From positions 3,712,001 to 3,776,000 of the forward strand of contig CBDCDC010000002.1 in NCBI GenBank assembly GCA_965215195.1: a stretch of DNA of 64,000 bases, given 5' to 3'. Both the position numbers and the translations under genes were made by a program. Below the pieces are notes generated by a model. The model saw only the letters and a list, made by a program, of their open reading frames with translations, was not told where the DNA came from and did not search any database. This document shows positions 8,486-17,199 of the stretch, piece after piece (position 1 is the stretch's first letter; every line of letters starts with the position of its first letter). Origin of the DNA: Candidatus Latescibacterota bacterium. GTDB lineage: Bacteria; Latescibacterota; UBA2968; UBA8231.

Positions 8486-9319
8486 TCAGCACTCGGCGCC
8501 GCGAACCTCGCCGCCGAAGTGCTGCATGCGCTCCTCGGTGTCAATCTGACCGGTGCTGGCGGGTCGGTAGTGTAGCTGCAGGGCGCGGCGCATTTTTTGC
8601 GAGGGGTTGGTCGGGCTGCCGTGGTGGGTCATGCCGTGCCAGAGCAGGCAACCGCCCGGGGCGAGAGGCACGACGACGTCGCGCTCGGTCTGGACGTCGG
8701 TGTCGCAGATTTGCCAATCGCGGCGTTTGAAGTGATCGACCGGACCCTCGCAGTGCGTACCGGGGATGATGTGCAGGCAGCCGTTATCCGCACTGGCGCG
8801 GTCGAGGGCGATCCAGACGCCGATGATGGTGGTGCCCAAGGGATAGTTGAAGTACGCGCAGTCTTGGTGCCAAGGTTTTTCCCGGCCCCTAGGCGGCTTG
8901 AGCAAGGCCATCTCCTGAAAGAGAACGGGCGCAGCGCCCATCAGGCGGGCGAGGACGTCTAAGAGACCCGGGTCGGCGGCCAGCGGCTGAAAGCGCACGT
9001 CCCAATCGACGAATTTCATAAGTTTGCGCACCGCTCCACGCCGCGCTGCGCCCGTCAGCTTTTGGCCCTGCGCGGAGGTTTCAAACTGGACGCCGCGAAA
9101 TTCGGGTTGCTTGCCGTCAATCAGGTCGTACACCGCGTCGCCAGCATCGGCGACTTGGGCGGGCGAAAACGCCTCTGCAATCACGAGGTAGCCCTGCTGG
9201 TGGAAGAAGGCTAGCTGTTCGGGGCCGATGTCGGCGAAGCGGGCGACCTGCTGGGCCTCGGTGTCGTAGCGGTAGAGATCGGAGGCGTAGTCGTCGATGA
9301 TGGGTTGGGCACTGGTCAT
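8486..9319 (-). CDS. Phytanoyl-CoA dioxygenase (PhyH) family Fe(II)/2OG enzyme
   Basis: PWHQD (HxD), GVWIALD...NGCL..IPGTH, distal HHGS..N. Confidence 0.9.
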   Translation of the reverse strand: MTSAQPIIDDYASDLYRYDTEAQQVARFADIGPEQLAFFHQQGYLVIAEAFSPAQVADAGDAVYDLIDGKQPEFRGVQFETSAQGQKLTGAARRGAVRKLMKFVDWDVRFQPLAADPGLLDVLARLMGAAPVLFQEMALLKPPRGREKPWHQDCAYFNYPLGTTIIGVWIALDRASADNGCLHIIPGTHCEGPVDHFKRRDWQICDTDVQTERDVVVPLAPGGCLLWHGMTHHGSPTNPSQKMRRALQLHYRPASTGQIDTEERMQHFGGEVRGAEC

Positions 9320-9549
9320 GTCTGTTCAGCCTCTTCTCCGTTGCTCGCCGACTGGTCCCGGACCAAAATTGCCATGGGAATTAGGACGCAGTAGCCGACC
9401 ACTAGGAGCACCGGCGCGAGGGTGAGGGAGAAGAAGCCCTCGGCCGGCGGGATGCGCAAAAACACATAGCCGAGCAAGATCACGGCTAAGCCGGCTGCGG
9501 CCAAGGTCCAGTTTTTGCGCGTAAAAGGCAGATCGCCGAGTTGGGCCAT
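9316..9549 (-). CDS. Small two-TM membrane protein (DUF3098-like)
   Basis: PFTRKNW...GY...SLTLAPVLLVVGY pattern; overlaps the next gene's start. Confidence 0.7.
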   Translation of the reverse strand: MAQLGDLPFTRKNWTLAAAGLAVILLGYVFLRIPPAEGFFSLTLAPVLLVVGYCVLIPMAILVRDQSASNGEEAEQT

Positions 9550-9551
9550 GA

Positions 9552-9905
9552 CTACCGCGCCCGTTTTTCGCGGATGCGGGCGGCGCGTCCTTTGCGACCG
9601 CGCAGGTAAAATAGGCGGGCGCGGCGCACCCGGCCCTCGCGCATGCGCTCGATCTTGGCGATGCGCGGCGAGTGCAGGGGAAAGATGCGCTCGATGGCGA
9701 TGCCCTGAGAGATCTTGCGCACGGTAAAGGTCTCTTGGATGCCGCTGCCTTTGCGCTGGATGACGGTCCCTTCAAAGAGTTGGGTGCGCTCCTTGTCGCC
9801 CTCGATGACCCGCACGTGGATGCGCACAGTATCGCCAGCGCCGAATTCGGGAAGATCGGTTTTGAGTTGGTCCGAGGTCAGCTCGCGCAGGATACTTGAG
9901 TCCAT
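9552..9905 (-). CDS. rplS: 50S ribosomal protein L19
   Basis: [29 protein letters not shown]...[21 protein letters not shown]...[10 protein letters not shown]; start MDSSILREL at 9905. Confidence 0.97.
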   Translation of the reverse strand: MDSSILRELTSDQLKTDLPEFGAGDTVRIHVRVIEGDKERTQLFEGTVIQRKGSGIQETFTVRKISQGIAIERIFPLHSPRIAKIERMREGRVRRARLFYLRGRKGRAARIREKRAR

Positions 9906-9921
9906 TGTATCACCTTGTTTG

Positions 9922-10662
9922 TTACGGGGCTTCTTCCAGCCCTTGCTCGTGCCAAGTGGCGATGAGCTGTTGTTCGTCGTCGTCGAGTTCGATCTGTTGC
10001 AGCAAGTCGGGCCGGCGCGCAAACGTGCGCCGCAGGGCTTGGCGTCGCCGCCAATGTTCGATGCGCTGGTGATCGCCCGAAAGCAGGGCCTCGGGGACGC
10101 GCTGGCCGCGAAATTCAACCGGCCGAGTGTACCAAGGGCAATCGAGTACGACCTCTTGGAACGAGTCGTCCAAGGCCGAAGAGAAGTTGCCCAAAACGTT
10201 GGGTATGAGCCGCACCACCGCGTCGATGAGCACGAGGGCGGCCGGCTCGCCGCCGGTGAGCACGTAGTCCCCGATCGAGATTTCTTGGTCGATAAGCCCG
10301 GTGCGGATGCGCTCATCTACTCCTTTGTAATGCCCGCACAACAGCACCAACCGCTCCGCGAGCGCCAGCTCGACGGCGAGGGCTTGGTTGAGCGGCTGGC
10401 CGTCGGCTGTCAGGTAAACGCAGCGACCAGCCGCTAGGCCCCGATCCTGCCAAAGCTGGTACACGGGCTCGGGCTTGAGGACCATGCCGCCGCCGCCACC
10501 GTAAGGCGCGTCATCTACGGTGCGGTGTCTGTCGGTCGCACAATCGCGCGGGTCGTGGGTCTCGATGGCCAACAGGCCCCGGGCGATTGCGCGGGCCATC
10601 ATGCTAGTCGCCAACGGCGAGGCGAAAAAATCCGGAAAGAGGGTTACGATGTCTATTTTCAT
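9922..10662 (-). CDS. trmD: tRNA (guanine37-N1)-methyltransferase
   Basis: [53 protein letters not shown]. Confidence 0.98.
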   Translation of the reverse strand: MKIDIVTLFPDFFASPLATSMMARAIARGLLAIETHDPRDCATDRHRTVDDAPYGGGGGMVLKPEPVYQLWQDRGLAAGRCVYLTADGQPLNQALAVELALAERLVLLCGHYKGVDERIRTGLIDQEISIGDYVLTGGEPAALVLIDAVVRLIPNVLGNFSSALDDSFQEVVLDCPWYTRPVEFRGQRVPEALLSGDHQRIEHWRRRQALRRTFARRPDLLQQIELDDDEQQLIATWHEQGLEEAP

Positions 10663-11168
10663 GGCTCGAATAGCTCTTCAACGCCCCGCACGACGACCCG
10701 ACCCGGGGCGATTTCCACGACAAAGTCGCCGACAGCCGGCACGAGGGCTTCGCCTTGGGCGCCGCGGACTACGTAGGCGTCTGTGCTCGGCATGGATAGG
10801 ACCTCGACGATGCGGCCCAATGGCTGCCCCTCTGAATTGACGACCGCGCAATCTACTATATCGTCGATGTAGTGCGTACCTTCCGGCAGGGGATCGCGCT
10901 GATCTGGAGCGATGGTGACATAGCCTCCGACCAGCATTGAACGCGCCTGTTCGGGTGCGTCAATGCCAGCGAATTTGAGCAACAAGCTCTTGGCATCTGT
11001 GCGCCAGCGCTCGAGTTCGAGCGGCATATCGGGTCGGCCCGCGCATTGGAGGACGACGGTTCGCAACTCGCTGAAGCGCTCGACGCGGTGCGTCAGGGCC
11101 TCGGCCCGGACTTCGCCGCGCACTCCCCACGGGCGGGAGATATAGGCTACGGCGACGCGCCCGGCCAT
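10659..11168 (-). CDS. rimM: Ribosome maturation factor RimM
   Basis: PWGVRGEV, LKFAGID, LPEGTHYIDDIVDCAV, LVPAV; position between rpsP and trmD. Confidence 0.95.
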   Translation of the reverse strand: MAGRVAVAYISRPWGVRGEVRAEALTHRVERFSELRTVVLQCAGRPDMPLELERWRTDAKSLLLKFAGIDAPEQARSMLVGGYVTIAPDQRDPLPEGTHYIDDIVDCAVVNSEGQPLGRIVEVLSMPSTDAYVVRGAQGEALVPAVGDFVVEIAPGRVVVRGVEELFEP

Positions 11169-11180
11169 GCGGCTGTCCCT

Positions 11181-11567
11181 CTATGCTTGCTCTTGCGCGG
11201 CTGATTCGGGTGGTGCAGCGGCCTCTTGCGCGGCCGGTTTGGCTGGCGCCGCCGCCGCTTGCTTGCGTCGGCGCTTGGGCTTGTCGCGGGTGAGGGCGTC
11301 GTCGCGCACCCGGCCCTCCCCACCCTTCCAACGGGCCAATACCCCTTGGCTGTGGAAGAGGTCGGCGACGGTCTCGCTCATCTGCGCACCTTTGTCGAGC
11401 CACTCTATGGCGCGCTCTACGTCGATTTTGACGCTGGCGTGCAAGGGATCGTAGAAACCCACCTCTGCGAGGGCGCGGCCGTTGCGGGCGACGCTGACGT
11501 GGGTGGCGACGATCCGGTAATAAGGCTGTTTGCGTTTGCCTATTCTCTTAAGGCGAAGTTTGACCAA
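11181..11567 (-). CDS. rpsP: 30S ribosomal protein S16
   Basis: VKLRLKRIGKRKQPYYRIVA...GFYDP...WLDKGAQMSETV; AAGGAG RBS; TTG start. Confidence 0.97.
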   Translation of the reverse strand: MVKLRLKRIGKRKQPYYRIVATHVSVARNGRALAEVGFYDPLHASVKIDVERAIEWLDKGAQMSETVADLFHSQGVLARWKGGEGRVRDDALTRDKPKRRRKQAAAAPAKPAAQEAAAPPESAAQEQA

Positions 11568-11586
11568 TGCTATTCTCCTTGGATGC

Positions 11587-12915
11587 CTAGCCCATAAAGG
11601 GCATTCTCATTTTTGAGCGGCCGCCTTTGGCGCGGCCCATCTGCCGCATCATTTTCTGCATCATTTGAAATTGCTTGACTAGCTGGTTCACGTCTTGGAC
11701 GGTCGTGCCGCTGCCGCGGGCGATGCGCTTGCGCCGGCTGCCATTGAGAATTTTGGGTTGGGTCCGCTCTTGGGGAGTCATGGAGTTGATGATGGCCTCG
11801 ACTTGGGAGAACGCGCTTTCGTCGAGCTCCATGTCCTTGGCGGCCTTGCCGCCTCCGGGAATCATGCCCATGAGCTGGTCGAGAGGCCCCATGCGGCGGA
11901 CAGCTTGCAACTGCGAGAGAAAATCCTCAAAGGTGAAAGAGGCCCGGCGGAGCTTTTCTTCTAGCTGTTTGGCCCGGTCGCGCTCCATGGCCTGCTCGGC
12001 TCTTTCCACGAGCGAGAGAATGTCGCCCATCCCGAGGATGCGCGAGGCCATGCGGTCGGGGTGAAAAGACTCTAGGTCTTCGATTTTCTCGCCGGTGCCG
12101 ACGAATTTGATCGGCCGGCCAGTGACGGCGCGGATCGACAGGGCGGCCCCGCCGCGAGCGTCGCTGTCGAGCTTGGTCAGGGCACAGCCGGTAAACGCGA
12201 GGCGCTGGTTAAAGCGGGTGGCTGTCTCTACGGCGTCTTGGCCCTGCATGCTGTCGGCGATAAAGAGGATCTCGTGCGGCTGGACCGCCTGCTGGATGCG
12301 ATCCAGCTCGTCCATCATCTCCTCGTCGATGCTCAGGCGACCCGCCGTGTCTATGAGCGCGACGCTGCGGTGGGTCTGGCGTGCTTGGTCGATGCCGCGG
12401 CGGCAGATGGCGACTGGATCGACGCCCGCGGGCTGGCTGAAGACGGGCACGTCGATAGAGGCTCCCAGCGATTGGAGCTGGGCCACGGCGGCCGGGCGAT
12501 ACACGTCGGCGGCGATCAGCAGTGGGGGCCGGCCCCGTTCCTTGAACTGGCGGGCCAGCTTGGCGGCCATAGTCGTCTTGCCGCCGCCTTGCAGGCCAAC
12601 GAGCATGACGACGGTGGGGGGGTGCTCGGCGAGGTTGGGTGGGCTGTGGCTGCCCCCCAGCAGGGCAACGAGCTCGCTATGGACGACTTTAACTAGCTGC
12701 TGCCCCGGGGTCAGGCTCTTGAGGACGTCTTGGCCGAGGGCCTGCTTTTTGACCCGCTGAATGAAATCCTTGGCGACCTTGAAGTTGACGTCGGCTTCGA
12801 GCAGAGAGCGGCGGATCTGGCGCAGGGTATCGTCGATGTTGCGCTCGGTGATGCGCCCCTGCCCGCGAAGCGAGCGGAAGAGGTCGTCAAAGCGTTCGCT
12901 GAGTCGGTCAAACAT
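11587..12915 (-). CDS. ffh: Signal recognition particle protein Ffh
   Basis: MFDRLSERF start; GLQGGGKTT, DTAGR, TKLDSDARGG, FHPDRMASRILGMGD, SRRKRIARGSG. Confidence 0.98.
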   Translation of the reverse strand: MFDRLSERFDDLFRSLRGQGRITERNIDDTLRQIRRSLLEADVNFKVAKDFIQRVKKQALGQDVLKSLTPGQQLVKVVHSELVALLGGSHSPPNLAEHPPTVVMLVGLQGGGKTTMAAKLARQFKERGRPPLLIAADVYRPAAVAQLQSLGASIDVPVFSQPAGVDPVAICRRGIDQARQTHRSVALIDTAGRLSIDEEMMDELDRIQQAVQPHEILFIADSMQGQDAVETATRFNQRLAFTGCALTKLDSDARGGAALSIRAVTGRPIKFVGTGEKIEDLESFHPDRMASRILGMGDILSLVERAEQAMERDRAKQLEEKLRRASFTFEDFLSQLQAVRRMGPLDQLMGMIPGGGKAAKDMELDESAFSQVEAIINSMTPQERTQPKILNGSRRKRIARGSGTTVQDVNQLVKQFQMMQKMMRQMGRAKGGRSKMRMPFMG

Positions 12916-12954
12916 AAGCCGCTGCGTCGAGAAGTGGAATGCGACAAAAAGGTT

Positions 12955-12984
12955 AGAATATAGGTCAATATATATATATGGCAA
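12955..12984 (-). promoter_or_regulatory. Putative sigma70 promoter of the ffh-rpsP-rimM-trmD-rplS operon, with an (AT)6 tract
   Basis: Minus strand TTGCCA-18 nt-TATTCT (or TATATT at 16 nt) in an AT-rich gap. Confidence 0.5.
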
Positions 12985-12994
12985 CAGAGGTAGG

Positions 12995-13645
12995 TCAGCC
13001 GCGCAGGTCGGCGATGACGCGGGCTGGGTCTTGAGCACCGAAGACGGCTGAACCAGCCACTAGGCACCGGGCACCGGCTCGGCGGCAGGCGGCCGCGTTG
13101 CCGGGATGGACCCCGCCGTCAATGCCGACGGGTACGTCTAACCCACAGCGCTCGATTTCCGCGCACAGGTCGCGGATTTTGTCGAGGGCTGCGGGCTGAA
13201 AGGTCTGGCCGCCAAACCCCGGCTCCACGGACATGACCAAGGCCGAATCGAGCGCGTTGAGGTAAGGGTAAAGGGCGGAGACAGGCGTACTTGGATTGAC
13301 CGCGAGGCCACACTGGCAACCGTGCTGGCGGATGGCGTCGAACACGGCCCGCAGGTCGGACGCGATTTCCACGTGGACGACGAGGGAGTCTGCGCCCGCT
13401 TCTTTGAAGGGGCCGATAAAGGGCAAAGGATCTTGCAACATCAGGTGCGTGTTGAGTTCGAGGCGGGTGGTTTGGCGCACGGCTGCGACGACCGGCAGCC
13501 CAAAGCTGAGGTTGGGGACGAAGTGCCCGTCCATTACGTCGAGATGGAGAAAATCAGCTCCTCCGCGCTCGACGCGGCCGATGTCCTCGGCTAGGCGGGC
13601 GAAGTCGGCCGCCAAGAGGGAAGGGCCGATGCGCGTGGCGTTCAT
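12995..13645 (-). CDS. rpe: Ribulose-phosphate 3-epimerase
   Basis: PSLLAADF, HLDVMDGHFVPNLSFG, VMSVEPGFGGQ, DGGV, VAGSAVF. Confidence 0.97.
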   Translation of the reverse strand: MNATRIGPSLLAADFARLAEDIGRVERGGADFLHLDVMDGHFVPNLSFGLPVVAAVRQTTRLELNTHLMLQDPLPFIGPFKEAGADSLVVHVEIASDLRAVFDAIRQHGCQCGLAVNPSTPVSALYPYLNALDSALVMSVEPGFGGQTFQPAALDKIRDLCAEIERCGLDVPVGIDGGVHPGNAAACRRAGARCLVAGSAVFGAQDPARVIADLRG

Positions 13646-14415
13646 GGCTCCTCCCAGTTGTCGAAGGCATCCGGCTCCGGGGGTGGTGCTGCAGCACTCA
13701 CGACGAGGTCGATGCGGCTGTGGCGCGGGATGCGCTGCTCGCGCATAGGTGCTTGCGCCAAGACAGTGCCGACGGGTTTTTGCGCGTCAATGCGCTTGGC
13801 GATGTGGCCGATGCGCATTTCGTATTTGCGCAAGGTATCTCCCACGGCTTTGATGGACAGGCCGATTAGATCCGGGACGCGCTTGAGGGCCGCGAGCGGG
13901 CCGTTGCTAACCTGTAGGTCAACCGAACTGCCGAGAGCGAGCTGAGTGCCGGGTGGGGGCGACTGCTCGACGACCGCGCCCTCGGGGAGGGCATCTGAGG
14001 AGCGGTAGAGGATTTGGCCGATCTTTAGCTGGTTGCCCTCTAGCTGCAAACGCGCCTCGCGCAGGCTAACGCGGCGCACGTCGGGAACCTCGTAGTAGCG
14101 CGGCCCTTTGCTCACGGTCAAGACAATGCGCCGCCCCTTTTTGACCCCTTGCCCAGCACTTGGATTTTGCTCGACGACCGCGTCGGCGGGGATGGTCTCG
14201 TGGTGCAGCGAATCGCCGATGGTCATCTTCAAGCCCTCTGCCCCGAGGCGGGCGGATGCTGCGGCCGCGAAAAGGCCCTGGAGATCGGGTACTTGGACGC
14301 TGGGCGTGTCAACTAAGTACGGCATGATGATCGCGTCGAGTAGGACGAGGGCGATAACGCCAGCGAGGAGTGCGGCCGCCGCGAGCAGGCCCAATTGGCG
14401 GAGGATGTTTTTCAC
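13642..14415 (-). CDS. Membrane-anchored triple PASTA domain protein
   Basis: One TM, then three VPDL/VPDV...V.EQ.P..G...VSxG units; GTG start overlapping the rsmB stop (GTGA). Confidence 0.9.
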   Translation of the reverse strand: MKNILRQLGLLAAAALLAGVIALVLLDAIIMPYLVDTPSVQVPDLQGLFAAAASARLGAEGLKMTIGDSLHHETIPADAVVEQNPSAGQGVKKGRRIVLTVSKGPRYYEVPDVRRVSLREARLQLEGNQLKIGQILYRSSDALPEGAVVEQSPPPGTQLALGSSVDLQVSNGPLAALKRVPDLIGLSIKAVGDTLRKYEMRIGHIAKRIDAQKPVGTVLAQAPMREQRIPRHSRIDLVVSAAAPPPEPDAFDNWEEP

Positions 14416-15761
14416 GATGTGCAACGCTTTATCCGCCGATCCGCAGGGGCGGTGCCTTTGCGGATGCGCACGGCAAAACTGCCGTCGCCGGCGTGTTGGC
14501 CCGGTATGGTCAGTACGTAGCGGCCGGCCCAAGGCTGGGCGGGAAAGTGGGCATCGGCGCGCTCCAGCCGAGCGGTCGGGGTCTGCTTTAAGAAGCGCTC
14601 GACAATGGCTTCGTTTTCCTCCTCTTCCAAGCTACAGGTGCTGTACACCAAGACGCCGCCGGGTCGCAGGTGCTCGTAAGCGCGTTGGATGAGCACCTGT
14701 TGCCGTGCGGTCAATGCTGCAAATTCGGCTGGCTTGCGGCGCCAGCGGGCGTCCGGTCGCCGCCCGAGTACGCCGGTGGCACTGCAGGGCACATCGGCGA
14801 GAACGCGGTCGAAGGCACCGCACCCGGGGGTCGTGCCGTCGCGAGCTATCGGGCGGATGGTGCGCAGGCGCAGGCGCCGGGCGTTTTCGCACACCCGATT
14901 TAGCCTCGGCAGCGAAATGTCGGCGGCTACGACCCAGCCGCGGTCGGCCATGGCCATGGCAGCTTGCACGGCCTTGCCGCCGGGGGCGCTGCACAGGTCG
15001 AGGAGGTGCTCGCCCGGCTGGGGGTCGAGCAGGGCCACGGCCAAGCCGGCGTTGGGGTCTTGAACCTGAAACTGTCCCTGCTGGTAGGCGCGCGAGGCAA
15101 AGAGGTCCGCGCCATTTGCCGCTCGATAAAAACCCGGCCTTGACCCGACCGGAACTAGGTCGAGTTCGGCGGCTAGTTCGCGGCTGGTGCGCAGCGGATT
15201 GAGGTAGATGTTGAGTGCGGCGGGCTGGTTGTTGGCCACGAGCAAAGGCTCGACGATTTCGCGGCCCCAGCGGCCGACCCAGCGCTCGACCAACCACTCG
15301 GGGTGGGAGTGATACACCGCTAGGTAGCGCGTCGGATTTTGCCGCTGATCGGGATAGCGAACCCGTGCGCGCTGCCGCAGCAAGTTGCGGAGCACGGCGT
15401 TGACCAGTGAGGCGATGCCTTGGTGCGTCAAGTGCTTGGCCAGCTCGACCGAGGTATGGACGGCCGCGGACTGGGGTACGCGGTTGAGCCAGAAGAGCTG
15501 ATAGGTGCCGAGGCGCAGGATGTGGCGGGCCCAAGGCGAGAGTTGGGCGATCGGGCGCGCACAGCAGGTGGCGATGATCCAATCGAGCCGCTTCTGCCAG
15601 CGCACCGCACCAAGGACTAGCTGGCGGGCGAAGCGCACGTCGCGGTTGGTCGGCAAGCGGGCGTCAAGGGCTTGTAGCAGGTCGTCGAAAGGCTGGACTT
15701 GTCGCTCTAGGTCGCGGAGCAGGCGCACAGCCGCAAGGCGGGCTAGGTCGGGGGGGCGCAC
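14412..15761 (-). CDS. rsmB: 16S rRNA m5C967 methyltransferase RsmB (Sun)
   Basis: NusB-like N-domain; SHPEWLV; LDLCSAPGGKA; DVPCSATG..RRPD; LVYSTCS...ENE. Confidence 0.95.
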   Translation of the reverse strand: MRPPDLARLAAVRLLRDLERQVQPFDDLLQALDARLPTNRDVRFARQLVLGAVRWQKRLDWIIATCCARPIAQLSPWARHILRLGTYQLFWLNRVPQSAAVHTSVELAKHLTHQGIASLVNAVLRNLLRQRARVRYPDQRQNPTRYLAVYHSHPEWLVERWVGRWGREIVEPLLVANNQPAALNIYLNPLRTSRELAAELDLVPVGSRPGFYRAANGADLFASRAYQQGQFQVQDPNAGLAVALLDPQPGEHLLDLCSAPGGKAVQAAMAMADRGWVVAADISLPRLNRVCENARRLRLRTIRPIARDGTTPGCGAFDRVLADVPCSATGVLGRRPDARWRRKPAEFAALTARQQVLIQRAYEHLRPGGVLVYSTCSLEEEENEAIVERFLKQTPTARLERADAHFPAQPWAGRYVLTIPGQHAGDGSFAVRIRKGTAPADRRIKRCTS

Positions 15762-15764
15762 GGC

Positions 15765-16973
15765 TCAGCGCAAGAGGAGCATGGGGCGGTGCAGGTCTGC
15801 CGAATCCGTCCGCAGGCGGTAGATGTAGAGGCCGCTGGCTGCCGGTGCGCCGGTTGCCGACTGGCTATCCCAGTGGACCACGTGCCGTCCCGGGGGCGTA
15901 CTCGCCGCAAAGGGCGTGGCCACCTTTTGACCCACTAAGTTGAAGATGTCGATTTGGGCAAAGCGAGGTGCCCCTGCGGGGATGGTAAAAGGAATAGCAG
16001 TGCCGGCGTTAAAGGGATTGGGGTAGTTCGGCGCGAGGAAGAGTTCGTGCGGCAAAGCGAAGCCGGACGGCTCTGAGATGGACGTGGCAACGCCCTCCCA
16101 CTCTACTTGGCTTTCAGCGCACGAGCCTTCGGCGCAGGTCTCGAAGACGAGCGTGGTAGCCTGTTCGGCGTCGAAGAGCAGGTAGGTCTGGCCGCGCTCG
16201 TCGCTGGTGGTCGTCACCTGCTGAGAAGCGTCGGCCGAGATGCGGACGGCCTCGCCGTTGACCAACGCGTACGCCGGGCCTGCTCCAGAGTTGGTAATGT
16301 CCCAAGTAAAGGCCGCGCCAGCGCGGAAGTGCCCAGCCTGCAACAGGCGCGCCGACACGCGGATTTCGCCGGCGCTGCCATCGGCTACGCCGCCAGTGCC
16401 GGTCGCGGAAGGGGAGAGGGTTTGCCCGGCCGAGCGGAAGAAGATGCCCTCTGGCAAAGCCTGCCCCTCGGCATCGCAGTAATTGCGCAAAAACGCGACT
16501 TGGGGGCGGATGTTGTCGCGCTCGTTAAAAGAAGGCCCGAGCGACACCACGTCGAGGTAGATGTCTATGGGCGTGCTGGGGCGGATGGAGTCGGCCAAGG
16601 TGAACGCCATGTTCGCGAGATGGCCCTCGCCCGCTATCTCTGCGCCGCCGAGGGTCGCGATGCCCCATTGGGCGGTCTGGCCTTTTATTTGCGGTGGTCC
16701 TGGGGCGACAAAGGAATTGGCCCTCGCCGTCTCGCCTAGCGCACCCGCGATCGCGGCGATGGCGTCGGCCGGCTCCCAGCTAAACTCGAATTTGACTTGG
16801 CGCACGCCGCTCATGTTGCGCGCCGAGACGCTGAACTCCACGGTGCTATTGGCTGCAAGCCCACAGAAGGGACCTTCTTCGCCGATGAGGATTTCGGCGT
16901 CTGCGTTGGGGCCGGCGTCTGCGAGACAAGGCAACGCGGCGATGCCGAGGAAGGCTATATACCAGAGAAACAT
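15765..16973 (-). CDS. Secreted protein with cohesin-like/Ig domains and FlgD-Ig / T9SS-CTD-like tail
   Basis: Signal MFLWYIAFLGIAALPCLA; C-terminal LAPNYPNPFNAGTAIPF...FNLVGQKV...WD...ASGLYIYRL...MLLLR. Confidence 0.75.
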   Translation of the reverse strand: MFLWYIAFLGIAALPCLADAGPNADAEILIGEEGPFCGLAANSTVEFSVSARNMSGVRQVKFEFSWEPADAIAAIAGALGETARANSFVAPGPPQIKGQTAQWGIATLGGAEIAGEGHLANMAFTLADSIRPSTPIDIYLDVVSLGPSFNERDNIRPQVAFLRNYCDAEGQALPEGIFFRSAGQTLSPSATGTGGVADGSAGEIRVSARLLQAGHFRAGAAFTWDITNSGAGPAYALVNGEAVRISADASQQVTTTSDERGQTYLLFDAEQATTLVFETCAEGSCAESQVEWEGVATSISEPSGFALPHELFLAPNYPNPFNAGTAIPFTIPAGAPRFAQIDIFNLVGQKVATPFAASTPPGRHVVHWDSQSATGAPAASGLYIYRLRTDSADLHRPMLLLR

Positions 16974-17066
16974 GCACTTTTCCCAAGAGATTAAGTTCAA
17001 AAAATACAGCGGATAAATGTACGCAACACCAATGTCTAGGCAAGCGCGTCAGCTCTGCCCTCTGCC

Positions 17067-17094
17067 TTGACCGAGTTTTGCCGCGTTTTATTAT
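17067..17094 (+). promoter_or_regulatory. Putative recJ promoter
   Basis: TTGACC-16 nt-TATTAT. Confidence 0.5.
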
Positions 17095-17146
17095 TGTCTG
17101 AGTGGTCAGTGATTAGCCCCTGCCCTCCACCTAGAAGCGGGCCGGT

Positions 17147-17195
17147 CACTAACCACTGTTCACTAACCACTAACCACTGCTCACTAACCACTAAC
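17147..17195. repeat. Heptamer tandem repeat, 7 units of CACTAAC/CACTGYT, with an inverted partial copy at 17100-17116
   Basis: cactaac cactgtt cactaac cactaac cactgct cactaac cactaac, ending 4 nt before the recJ ATG; gagtggtcagtgattag upstream is complementary. Confidence 0.9.
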
Positions 17196-17199
17196 ACCT

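Noticed and set aside
9906-10316. Long N-terminal extension of L19 in the ORF track (similar extensions on ffh, PASTA, 32839-34677, 59061-61970 and 2263-4020)
   Set aside because: Most extensions overlap neighbouring genes or the remnant unit in another frame (the ffh one crosses its promoter region); downstream starts fit family N-termini, signal peptides or RBSs.
11168-11181. Absence of khpA between rpsP and rimM
   Set aside because: The rpsP-rimM-trmD-rplS order without khpA is common.
12995-15761. rsmB-PASTA-rpe without a Ser/Thr kinase domain as a novelty
   Set aside because: Kinase-less PASTA proteins are known in FCB-group bacteria; ordinary housekeeping context.
17147-17195. CRISPR array
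   Set aside because: Contiguous 7-mers with no spacers and no cas genes.
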